A stretch of DNA of 45,366 nt from Candidatus Thorarchaeota archaeon (GCA_048882325.1 JBHLRS010000025.1:1-45366), one strand, 5' to 3'; positions 27,895-36,668 are shown, counted from the first letter of the stretch. Program-made: numbers and translations. The notes: generated by a model from the sequence alone, not told the origin.

Positions 27895-28972
27895 ATATGT
27901 AGAATGCAAGTCCGATGACCAAAACCACAGTTGAGATGACCAACATGGGAACTATGGCACTGGGAGCCGCTACAAACCCCTCAGTCAGCCAATTAATGAT
28001 GTTCATGAATAATCGTGAGTTGTCACCCATGTAGAACCACCTCAGGTCAGTTTCTGGAAAGTCCAGATGTCTTCCTGTGAACATCAGTGTTGACCCAACA
28101 ATAACAACTCGACTTCCTTCATATTCGAACGCGGACATCCATGATGGGAAAGTGCCATTGATTGCTGAGTACGACAATGGTACCTCCTCGAAGTCTGAAA
28201 TGGTCATGTTGGGATGTGAATAGTTCGCCCAAGAGTTGGGTCCAGCTTTGAACTGTGCGAAGGTCGACTCATAGCTCTTCGCGATGGCACTTGAGAGGTC
28301 AATTGGCTTTAGAGTGGAGGTCATGGTGAAGAGCTCGTTGATGTTTCTGAATATTGGATGGTTTGTTTCCCAGGTCGTTGGGTCCAGCTCTACCATCCAT
28401 GGATATGTTTCATTGAATATAGGATTGTCATAGTCAAACATGGTGTCGCCATAGATGTCAGCTGTAGTGGTTTGATTGACACTGAATCGCACACCAGTGA
28501 TATTGAGATCATCAAGTAGGGTGTTGAGTGCTTGAGTTTCGCCCATGTCCTGCATGAGTGCATCCGCCCAATATCCGGTAGTCTGACTGATTGTAGGATC
28601 ACCCAGGAGAAACAGTGAGCTGCCATTGGCAAGCATCTCAGCGATAGCATTCACTTCTCCAATTTCAAAGGGGGAGTTTTCGTCTGGACTTGCTATTATG
28701 AGCGCATCAACGTCATTGAGAACAGTTTCAGTCAATTCATCCGTGTTGATTCGAACCATGTATCTTGTTGAAGAATTGACTGCATCGAGGATGAGCTTCA
28801 ATCCGTTTTCTGCGTTAAGGGCATCGTGCTGAGGATTATGACTTGCATCATAGAGTACTAGAATTGGATCTAAATCACCCTGCGCATGAACACCAGTTTG
28901 GAGGCTGGATAGAAGAACCATCATGGCTACTACAACTGCAAGTACTCTAGGGGCATTCCTGAGCTGTTTCAT
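27878..28972 (-). CDS. Secreted type-I membrane protein with GIFT/GldG-like (class I GATase-like) domain
   Basis: N-terminal signal peptide, VLYDASH, GSSLFLLGD, SRVVIVGS..MF...DNSRLFMNIINWL, C-terminal TM plus KKIR; several N-x-S/T sequons. Confidence 0.7.
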   Translation of the reverse strand: MKQLRNAPRVLAVVVAMMVLLSSLQTGVHAQGDLDPILVLYDASHNPQHDALNAENGLKLILDAVNSSTRYMVRINTDELTETVLNDVDALIIASPDENSPFEIGEVNAIAEMLANGSSLFLLGDPTISQTTGYWADALMQDMGETQALNTLLDDLNITGVRFSVNQTTTADIYGDTMFDYDNPIFNETYPWMVELDPTTWETNHPIFRNINELFTMTSTLKPIDLSSAIAKSYESTFAQFKAGPNSWANYSHPNMTISDFEEVPLSYSAINGTFPSWMSAFEYEGSRVVIVGSTLMFTGRHLDFPETDLRWFYMGDNSRLFMNIINWLTEGFVAAPSAIVPMLVISTVVLVIGLAFYIFKKIR

Positions 28973-29054
28973 TTTGACACTCCGACCTTATTGCTCAGTC
29001 AGCGTGCCTGACCTTAGGCCGTGTTAAAAAGTTATCCTCACGTACGACTAACAG

Positions 29055-29441
29055 TCAATCAGTTCTACGCCACTCAACATACAGCTTTCGTCGTTCAGCG
29101 TCTGTTGATTCTTTGTTTTGATATGCTTCTCGAATCTCTGCTATTCTTTGTGCTAGAAGATGATAACACATGTTGATCTCCCGTGAAATGACTGCGTCTT
29201 GGTAGAAACTTCTGCATGTACAGTATAGTTCCGGAATGACCAGGTATTGTCTTCTGCGACCCTTCACAATCCAGGTCACTGATTCACTTGGTCTGAACAT
29301 GTATCTCGCAATCTTGCCCTCTTCCACAGCTCTCAATGCCTTTACAAACCTCTTTCCGTACTTGTTCTTGAAGTACTCAATATCATCTTGGGTGAGGCTT
29401 TCTTTTGCCAGTCTTCTTATCTCTGCTTGTGGAAAGGACAT
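29055..29441 (-). CDS. SWIM zinc-finger protein
   Basis: YCTCRSF...MCYHLLA (CxC...CxH). Confidence 0.8.
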   Translation of the reverse strand: MSFPQAEIRRLAKESLTQDDIEYFKNKYGKRFVKALRAVEEGKIARYMFRPSESVTWIVKGRRRQYLVIPELYCTCRSFYQDAVISREINMCYHLLAQRIAEIREAYQNKESTDAERRKLYVEWRRTD

Positions 29442-29505
29442 TATTCTCACTCTGTTTTCTTGCATAACGATGTTAAAATGTTGTATATTAGAAGGTAAAC
29501 CAGCG

Positions 29506-30357
29506 ATGGAAACGATATTCGACGACAGAGGTATGATAGTCACATATGACGACACATCAGTCCTTCTAATAGCAGACCTTCATCTTGGATTGGAGGAGGA
29601 CCTCGCAGAAAGCCGAGGTGTACGGTTCCCACCTCAACATCCTGTCCTTCTGGAAAGAATTGGGAAACTGGTATCAAAGCATGATGTATCACAACTCTTC
29701 ATCATTGGAGATGTGAAGCACACTATCCTTACTGATAGTTTCTACAATTGGGAGGTAATTCCAGAGTTTATGGAAGCCTTGACCGATACGGTAGAGATCA
29801 CTATTATACCAGGAAATCATGATGGTGATCTGGCAGCACTACTTCCTCGAAATGTGAAAGTAACAAGTGTCCGGGGTTCATTGGCCGGTCCCAAGAAAGA
29901 ACGAGTAGGACTCTTACATGGTCATTCATGGCCAGCCCCGGAGGTCTTGGATGCCAAGATGATTGTCATGGGTCATAATCACCCATCGATTCGTAGATTT
30001 AGAGATGCATCGGCACCTGAAATTGGCCGTGCCTCTAGGAGAAGGTTTGCAGGAACCATTCCAGTTGTTCTGAGATCAAAACTGGACAAGAACTGTGCTA
30101 GAAGAGCGATGGCGATACTTGAAATCCCTGACGATGCAGATTGCGTTCTGATTACACTCCCAAGTTTCAATGAGCTTCTCTCAGGAATATCTGTCAATCA
30201 TCCTCGGACAAGTCTGTACGGTCCATTCTTTGAGAACAACTGTGCAAGTTTTTCAGAGTCAGAAGTATACAGTGTAGATGGAATATTTCTTGGTTCCGTA
30301 GAATGGTTCAGAAAACAATTCAACGAAATGATTAAATCCAATACAGAGGGGGACTGA
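29506..30357 (+). CDS. Calcineurin-like metallophosphoesterase
   Basis: ADLHLG, GDVKH, GNHDG, HGH, GHNHP, PSFN. Confidence 0.88.
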   Translation: METIFDDRGMIVTYDDTSVLLIADLHLGLEEDLAESRGVRFPPQHPVLLERIGKLVSKHDVSQLFIIGDVKHTILTDSFYNWEVIPEFMEALTDTVEITIIPGNHDGDLAALLPRNVKVTSVRGSLAGPKKERVGLLHGHSWPAPEVLDAKMIVMGHNHPSIRRFRDASAPEIGRASRRRFAGTIPVVLRSKLDKNCARRAMAILEIPDDADCVLITLPSFNELLSGISVNHPRTSLYGPFFENNCASFSESEVYSVDGIFLGSVEWFRKQFNEMIKSNTEGD

Positions 30358-30368
30358 TTCGGAATCAC

Positions 30369-30475
30369 GGGTCGGTGGTCTAGCTTGGTATGATTCTTGG
30401 TTCGGATCCAAGGGATCGCGAGTTCAAGCGAGATGGGACTTCCCCACCTCGGAGCAAATCTCGTCCGGCCCACCA
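30369..30475 (+). tRNA. tRNA-Pro(CGG) with 30-nt non-canonical intron (30428-30457) at position 58/59 and encoded CCA
   Basis: Acceptor GGGTCGG/CCGGCCC-A-CCA; anticodon arm CTTGG-TTCGGAT-CCAAG; T-arm GCGAG-TTCAA|AT-CTCGT after intron removal; BHB-like structure GTTC/GAGC with AAG and AAA bulges. Confidence 0.92.
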
Positions 30476-30490
30476 TTCCTAATTTTGATC

Positions 30491-31108
30491 CTAAGTGCTA
30501 GCTTCGTATAGACCAACACCACGAATGGCTTGATAGGTTGGATATAGAGTAACTAACAGGACAAACATGCCTCCAAGTGGATAGATAATTGTTCCACTAA
30601 GATAGAGAAAGAGAATTTGTGTAATGAGAATGAATTGTAGAGAAATAAGTAAAAGGGCTGAAGACTTTCCTTGTTTTCTGGGAACTATTTTCTTTCTTTC
30701 AATTAGAGTGAATAAGCCAACAAGAACAACCACAACTAGAAGGAGGAATATCCCTAGACTTAAGCCAGAGAAATAGTGTTGTGCATGAATAAAATGGGAT
30801 TGGTCTTCCTGCAGAGCAAACTGCAGAATGGGAACTCCTTTTGGCCAACCAAAACTTATAGTGTAACTGAAAAGATTTGCATCATAATTGCGATATTGCT
30901 GAATACAAAATGGGTATGCTACTGGTGAAAAGACTCGTAAAGCTTCATCTTCACTTAATGGGATTTCTGTGATAGGTGGTAGACTAGCCATTACTGCAAT
31001 TATGAAAGATACGACAAGTCCAACAGAAAGCAGTTGGACTATTTGTCCCCAACCTGTTTTGCTGACTAATAACCACGCAACTACAACAATGACAATCACA
31101 ACGATCAA
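30491..31108 (-). CDS. Hypothetical multi-pass membrane protein (islet cargo)
   Basis: 205-aa ORF, ~5 hydrophobic segments, AT-rich (19/60 G+C in 30601-30660). Confidence 0.7.
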   Translation of the reverse strand: MIVVIVIVVVAWLLVSKTGWGQIVQLLSVGLVVSFIIAVMASLPPITEIPLSEDEALRVFSPVAYPFCIQQYRNYDANLFSYTISFGWPKGVPILQFALQEDQSHFIHAQHYFSGLSLGIFLLLVVVVLVGLFTLIERKKIVPRKQGKSSALLLISLQFILITQILFLYLSGTIIYPLGGMFVLLVTLYPTYQAIRGVGLYEAST

Positions 31109-31170
31109 TCGATTGCAGTCCTATCTTTCTTTAGTCTTATATCACACCCTTCGGACATATGACTTCCGAC

Positions 31171-31197
31171 AGTTCGAATCTCGTCCGGCCCACCATT
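31171..31197 (+). repeat. Duplicated 3' end of tRNA-Pro (attR-like), intron-less form
   Basis: AGTTCGAATCTCGTCCGGCCCACCATT, 26/27 identical to the spliced tRNA 3' end plus 2 trailer nt. Confidence 0.9.
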
Positions 31198-31278
31198 ACT
31201 TATTCTAATTCTATCCTGTCAGATTGCGATGTTGACACCTATTGTTACAGGAGACATCTAGGTTTCATAATCGTGAGA

Positions 31279-31758
31279 CTAACGTGATAGTAACGCATAG
31301 AGAATGATTGCAGCGGTACCAGATGGACCTATGTCGACACGTGCATCTAGACTCCTGCACTCGCCCATGTCCATCTCCTTTTTTGAAAAGGAACTGTTAC
31401 TACCAGAGAGCATGATGACAACTCGTTCTCCTGACTTTGCCTGTTGAGCAAGCTGGCTCAAATCTAGACGCTCCTTGGTCAGAACAGGTGATGTAATGAG
31501 TAAAGGCTTCGCTACGTTCAGGACTTCTAGGACGTCCTTGAGGTCAGGAAGGACCATGAAGTTGTGCTTCATCTTCATAGCCAGACGGTTTGCATCAGGG
31601 ACCCCAGCTTGAGCTGCCGACCCCTCAGCCTTGGAAACCACGAAGTTAGAGAACCCGAGTCCATATACCACTTGGGCTGTTTCAACTGTCTTTGATGCTG
31701 AATGGACATTATGTAAGACCACGTAGACATTCTTGAGGAGATCAGTCAATGTGAGCAC
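31279..31758 (-). CDS. SpoU/SPOUT-like conserved archaeal protein (DUF2122-like)
   Basis: VYVVLHNVHS, GSAAQAGVP, LPDLKD, SGSNSSFSKKE, IGPSG; true start may be TTG 31749. Confidence 0.65.
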   Translation of the reverse strand: MLTLTDLLKNVYVVLHNVHSASKTVETAQVVYGLGFSNFVVSKAEGSAAQAGVPDANRLAMKMKHNFMVLPDLKDVLEVLNVAKPLLITSPVLTKERLDLSQLAQQAKSGERVVIMLSGSNSSFSKKEMDMGECRSLDARVDIGPSGTAAIILYALLSR

Positions 31759-32713
31759 ATACCTCCTGTGCGATAAGCTGGGACACTACTGGGGGAACAC
31801 TCTCTCCCACTTGATTGTATTGGCTGTCGGAAAAGCCAGTGAAGACAAAGGAGTCGGGATAGCTCATCAGGCGTGCATGTTCGCGAACCGTCAGAAGTCG
31901 GTTCTCATATGGGTGGATGTACCGTGAGAGCCCGTTTATCGAGGTTGAAACTTGATCAGGATACAGACGGACCCAGTTTGGAAGACTTCTGTTCTTTGAC
32001 ACTCGGAATTGTCTAACTCCTTGGCCGTATCGGGTTTTCGCAATGGCCTTTGCCTTTTCCTCAGATACAGGATAATCAACATGATTTGGAACATGCACTT
32101 CCGGATCAAGTATCTGATTCAGTCCAAGACTAGGGAGGTCTCCAATTGCCTCTATAACGGTGACCGATGCTTTTCGTGGGAGTTTGAATTTCAGATTACT
32201 AATGAAGACGCGAAGCCGTTTGGAAGGATTTCCGTGTTGATTGGCTCGTATCATATTGATATGTACATCATCGATATCGACACGTTTGAACTCCTTCTGG
32301 ATGATTTCCCAACCTCCAGAATTTAGTAATGCCGCCACATTCTCAATTACAAAGACCTTCGGTGACAGATCACCAATGATACGGATTGCATCCAGCAATA
32401 GCTTTCCTGTTCCTTCACCATAGACCCTCTCTGCTGCCGACTTCTTGCTATCAGGGTTAGCTTTACTGAATTCTTCACAAGGTGGTGATGCAATGATGAC
32501 ATCTGGAGGGCCATTCAGAAATTCTTCGATTTGGATAGAATGTAAATCATGAATGTCAGTCTGCCAGACTTCAGATGATGGAAAATTGAGCTTGTATGTT
32601 TCTAGTGCTGAAGAATCAATGTCTATTGCCAGATGGGTACCATCAGTATGAGGTTTGAACCCAAATGAGAAACCTCCAGCTCCGCAGAACAGATCTAGAA
32701 TCCTCATACACAT
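31742..32713 (-). CDS. C5 cytosine methyltransferase (Dcm family), orphan
   Basis: LDLFCGAGGF (I), SPPC (IV), ENV (VI), R.RVF (VIII), LTVREHARLMSYPD (IX), QVGESVPP (X). Confidence 0.9.
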   Translation of the reverse strand: MCMRILDLFCGAGGFSFGFKPHTDGTHLAIDIDSSALETYKLNFPSSEVWQTDIHDLHSIQIEEFLNGPPDVIIASPPCEEFSKANPDSKKSAAERVYGEGTGKLLLDAIRIIGDLSPKVFVIENVAALLNSGGWEIIQKEFKRVDIDDVHINMIRANQHGNPSKRLRVFISNLKFKLPRKASVTVIEAIGDLPSLGLNQILDPEVHVPNHVDYPVSEEKAKAIAKTRYGQGVRQFRVSKNRSLPNWVRLYPDQVSTSINGLSRYIHPYENRLLTVREHARLMSYPDSFVFTGFSDSQYNQVGESVPPVVSQLIAQEVCAHID

Positions 32714-32831
32714 ATCCACAATCCATCTGGTTTGTCTTGCAGCTACCTCTGATTATAACAATGTCGAAGGAAGACTTCAAAAGTATCGAGTATCTACGAC
32801 GACTTTAAACTGCTACCGTGTGTGAGAGAGA

Positions 32832-33773
32832 ATGTCGACAGGTTCAGGAAAAGGCAAGACGATTCTGTTCGGGGAGCACTTCGTAGTCTATGGGCTGCCC
32901 GCGTTAGCAGCAGGAATCGCTTCTGAAACAACTGCAGTTATCACTAGGGTCCGTTCATTTGGTTGGAAGCTTGTTGATGACAGACCTGCGATGCCAGGAT
33001 ACAAAGAGAAGAAGTACGAGGAACAGAAGACATCTATCGATAATATGCTGAAACATCTCAATATCGACACAACGAAGACTGGGTTTCAGATTGACTTGGG
33101 TGGTGACCTTGTCTGTGCATCAGGTATCGGTGCAAGTGCTGCGAGCTGCGTTGCTATCGCTAGAGCATTGAGTCAAGAATACTCTCTGAATTTGAATGAT
33201 GATCAAGTGAATGAAACTGCCTATATTGGCGAGATGGGATATCATGGTACTCCATCAGGTCTTGATAACACAGCTTCGACATTTGGAGGGCTCATATGGT
33301 TTGAGCGCGATCTGAGTGGAGGACCTCCAAAGTTTGAGAAATTGAAACTTGGAAGAGCTGCGAACCTTGCGATCGCTTCAACAGGACTGACCGCTAGCAC
33401 CAAGGTCGTCGTGGGCGATGTCAGAAAGAAGAAAGAAGAGGATCCAGCTTGGTTTGACTCGATCTCAGAACAATACGTTGAGCTTGTCAACGATGCTAGA
33501 GAAGCTTTGATTGACCTGAACTTCGACAGAGTTGGCGAATTAATGAATAAAAATCATGAACTGTTGCAGGAATTGACCGTTTCTTCCAAGGAATTAGATA
33601 ATCTTGTCCAAATTGCACGCGAGAATGGAGCCATTGGAGCAAAGATGACTGGAACTGGCAGAGGAGGAAACATCATAGCGTTGGCTCCTGATGAACCTGC
33701 AATGAAGCAGATTGCAGAGGCACTGAAGAAAGGTGGAGCTGCTGGAGTGTGGACTACAACATTCGGTCTATGA
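32832..33773 (+). CDS. mvk: Mevalonate kinase
   Basis: GKTILFGEHFVVYG, SGIGASAA, HGTPSGLD, GAKMTGTGRGG. Confidence 0.93.
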   Translation: MSTGSGKGKTILFGEHFVVYGLPALAAGIASETTAVITRVRSFGWKLVDDRPAMPGYKEKKYEEQKTSIDNMLKHLNIDTTKTGFQIDLGGDLVCASGIGASAASCVAIARALSQEYSLNLNDDQVNETAYIGEMGYHGTPSGLDNTASTFGGLIWFERDLSGGPPKFEKLKLGRAANLAIASTGLTASTKVVVGDVRKKKEEDPAWFDSISEQYVELVNDAREALIDLNFDRVGELMNKNHELLQELTVSSKELDNLVQIARENGAIGAKMTGTGRGGNIIALAPDEPAMKQIAEALKKGGAAGVWTTTFGL

Positions 33774-33782
33774 GGTGAGCTC

Positions 33783-35090
33783 ATGATACTTGAAGATTAC
33801 ATTAAGAAGTTACAGCAGGATGGAAAGATTACAACTATCAGTAGGAGCATCTCAAGGAATCTGGAGATTGCTGGAGTACTTAAGACTCTTGAACCGGAGC
33901 CTGTGCTTTTCGAGAATGTGAAAGAGAGTGAGTTCAGAGTCACAGGAAATCTGTTCTGCAACAAGATGCAGGTGGCGGACTACTTTGGAATAACAACCGA
34001 ACAGATTATTCCAACCCTCACTAAAGCTATTGAAAACCGTAGTGAACCACAGCATATTGATAATGCACCATGTCATGAGGTGGTTGAGGACAAAGTAGAC
34101 CTTGACCTTCTCCCCATACTATTTCACAACAAGGTTGATGGTGGACCCTACATCTCATCCGGGGTTGTGGTTGCTGCAGATCCAGAGTTTGGACAGAATC
34201 TGGACTTCCATCGAGCTATGCAAATCGGTAGAGACAGAATGGTTACTAGGGTGGTCAAAGGTCGGGACTTCCACAAGTTCTTGGAACGGAATGGAGAGGT
34301 GGATGTTGCATTCTGTATTGGTAATACACCAGAGGTCTTGATTGCAGCTGCTACCTCTGTTGAAACTGGAACAAATGAACTTGAGATTGCAAATGCATTG
34401 AGTCCTATTAGAGTCACAAAGGCCAAGACCGTAGACCTCATGATTCCTGCAGATTGTGAGTTTGTGTTGGAGGGTAGAGTTGTTCTTGAAGAGAAACATG
34501 CTGAAGGACCCTTCATTGATTTGACAGAAACAGTAGACGTTGTAAGACAAGAACCAATCTTCGAAGTGAAGAAGATAACGCACAGAAAGACCGCAATCTG
34601 GCAGGGACTTCTACCCGGTCGATCTGAACACAAGATTCTGATGGGAATGCCAAGAGAACCAACGGTCTTCAAGAAGGTCAAGGAGCGAGGAATAGACGTA
34701 CTCGATGTCTATATCACTCCAGGTGGAGCGAGCTGGTTGCATGTTGCTGTCAAGATCAAAAAGAAGAATGAAGATGACGGTCTCCAAGCCTTAGAAGCAG
34801 CATTTGCAGGACATAAAAGTGCAAAACACATCTGGGTCTATGACGAGGACATAGATATCTACTCAGAAGAAGAGCGTGAGTGGGCAATGGCAACTCGATT
34901 TCAAGCGGATGTTGACCTACTCATTAAAGACCCGGAGCCTGGAAGCTCTCTTGACCCAAGTGCAGAACCAGGAACTAAACTTACCACAAAATGCGGCTTT
35001 GATTGCACCAAGGTCCTTGATTCTAAGGGAAAGAGCTTTAGTAAAGCAAAGTTTCCAGAAGTCGATCTAAAGAAGTTTCTAGGTGAGTGA
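33783..35090 (+). CDS. UbiD-family decarboxylase, probable anhydromevalonate phosphate decarboxylase
   Basis: DGGPYI, HR, EGPF.D, EH, DEDIDI, WAMATRFQ, GSSLDPS; operon with mvk and AcnX genes. Confidence 0.85.
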   Translation: MILEDYIKKLQQDGKITTISRSISRNLEIAGVLKTLEPEPVLFENVKESEFRVTGNLFCNKMQVADYFGITTEQIIPTLTKAIENRSEPQHIDNAPCHEVVEDKVDLDLLPILFHNKVDGGPYISSGVVVAADPEFGQNLDFHRAMQIGRDRMVTRVVKGRDFHKFLERNGEVDVAFCIGNTPEVLIAAATSVETGTNELEIANALSPIRVTKAKTVDLMIPADCEFVLEGRVVLEEKHAEGPFIDLTETVDVVRQEPIFEVKKITHRKTAIWQGLLPGRSEHKILMGMPREPTVFKKVKERGIDVLDVYITPGGASWLHVAVKIKKKNEDDGLQALEAAFAGHKSAKHIWVYDEDIDIYSEEEREWAMATRFQADVDLLIKDPEPGSSLDPSAEPGTKLTTKCGFDCTKVLDSKGKSFSKAKFPEVDLKKFLGE

Positions 35091-36279
35091 GATGGGACTC
35101 AAACTGTCCAAAGAAGAGAAAGAGATGCTTGAGGGAAAGCATGGAAGGGCCACACGAAAGGCTATGGAGATTATCACAACTCTTGGTGAGATCTATGGTG
35201 CTGAGAGACTCATTCCAGTATCAAGTGTTCAAATTGCTGGAGTGTCCTATCACAATCTTGGTGAAGCTGGACTCGAGTATTTGTCTGAGATGGCGGATGA
35301 TGGTCGCACACGTGTCTTGACCACGCTAAACCCAGCAGGAATGGATATGGAGGAGTGGAAAAAACACGGAATCAGTGAAGATTTCGCAGTCAATCAGCAG
35401 CGTGTGGTAGATGCGTTTGAGAAGATGGGCGTGGTCACAACTTGTACCTGTACCCCATATCTGATTGGAAATCTACCCCACTTTGGCGAGCATATAGCAT
35501 GGGCAGAGTCCTCTGCGGTGTGTTTCTCAAACTCGGTAATTGGTGCACTGACCAATAGAGAAGGAGGACCTAGTGCACTGGCATCAGCCTTGACTGGGAG
35601 AACAGCAGAGTATGGTCTACATCTTCAGGAGAACAGGATAGCTCAAGTGAAGTACAATGTTGAAGCTGAACTTACAGAAACCGATGACTTTGGGCTACTT
35701 GGTCATGTCATTGGAGAGAGGACAGGCAAAAAGATCCCCTACATTGCAGGTGTTAAATATGCGAGCACAGAGCAACTGAAGTCATTCAGTGCATCTGTGG
35801 CAACATATGGGGGCGTCGCGATGTTCCACATGGAGGGAATCACTCCAAATAGAACCACCATCCCAGACGAAACTGAAACAATCACTAGAGACGATTTGAA
35901 CAACGCAAGGTCGGTTCTTGATGATGAGAAGGCAGATATCGACTTCATCAGTGTTGGATGTCCTCATGCAAGCATCAAAGAGATCGCAACTATCGCAGAG
36001 ATGCTTGATGGTAAACAAGTGACTGAGGGAAAGACTGTCTGGATTACAACAGCAAAGCCAACCAAGGACCTTGCCATAAAGATGGGATTCTATGATAAGA
36101 TTGAGAAAGCTGGTGCTTTCCTTGTTGCTGATGCATGCTGTGCTGTCGCTCCTCTGAAGGGGAGATTCACTGGGCTTATGACTGATTCAGCTAAGGCATG
36201 TTATTATGCTCGAGGAAAGAATGATTTCAAGACCGAAATACGGACAGTTGAGGAATGTATCAAGGAGGCATTATCCTAA
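35083..36279 (+). CDS. Aconitase X large subunit, probable phosphomevalonate dehydratase large subunit
   Basis: GVSY, TTLNP, TCTCTPY, WAESSA, TNREGG, GCPH, DAC, TDSAKA; start may be ATG 35092. Confidence 0.88.
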   Translation: MSEMGLKLSKEEKEMLEGKHGRATRKAMEIITTLGEIYGAERLIPVSSVQIAGVSYHNLGEAGLEYLSEMADDGRTRVLTTLNPAGMDMEEWKKHGISEDFAVNQQRVVDAFEKMGVVTTCTCTPYLIGNLPHFGEHIAWAESSAVCFSNSVIGALTNREGGPSALASALTGRTAEYGLHLQENRIAQVKYNVEAELTETDDFGLLGHVIGERTGKKIPYIAGVKYASTEQLKSFSASVATYGGVAMFHMEGITPNRTTIPDETETITRDDLNNARSVLDDEKADIDFISVGCPHASIKEIATIAEMLDGKQVTEGKTVWITTAKPTKDLAIKMGFYDKIEKAGAFLVADACCAVAPLKGRFTGLMTDSAKACYYARGKNDFKTEIRTVEECIKEALS

Positions 36280-36665
36280 TGCAGGGAAGGAAAATCTTCA
36301 AGGGCAAGGTGATAGGAGAAGCTTTAGTGACAGGGGAAGACATCTCTTTCTATGGAGGGTGTGACCCTGAAACAGGTGAAATAGTGGAGAAAGGACATCA
36401 TCTTGAGGGAAAATCAGTTTCTGGGAAGGTACTTGTCTTTCCCACAGGAAAGGGTTCGACAGTAGGTTCGTATGTTCTCTATGCCCTCAAGAAGGCTGAG
36501 AAGGCACCACTCGCAATAATAAACAAGACCACGGACCCTGTTGTAGCTGTGGGGTGCATAATCTCAGAGATACCTGCGGTTGACCAAATTGACATTGCAA
36601 AGATAAAGACAGGACAAAAAGTGGAAGTAGACGCCGACAAGGGCGTCGTTTCCTTTGTTGAGTAG
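36279..36665 (+). CDS. Aconitase X swivel subunit, probable phosphomevalonate dehydratase small subunit
   Basis: ISFYGG.DP.TG, GKVLVFPTGKGSTVGSYV. Confidence 0.88.
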   Translation: MQGRKIFKGKVIGEALVTGEDISFYGGCDPETGEIVEKGHHLEGKSVSGKVLVFPTGKGSTVGSYVLYALKKAEKAPLAIINKTTDPVVAVGCIISEIPAVDQIDIAKIKTGQKVEVDADKGVVSFVE

Positions 36666-36668
36666 CGC

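Larger units (their letters stand above)
30457..31197. mobile_element. tRNA-anchored genomic islet bounded by att-like direct repeats, no integrase
   Basis: AATCTCGTCCGGCCCACCATT at 30457-30477 and 31177-31197 flanking one AT-rich gene. Confidence 0.7.

Noticed and set aside
30198-30476. 92-aa minus-strand ORF
   Set aside because: Shadow of the tRNA and the phosphoesterase 3' end
31148-31197. Split/trans-spliced tRNA half or second complete tRNA
   Set aside because: No 5' T-stem strand, D-arm or acceptor 5' strand, and no complementary leader; fits an att-type duplication better
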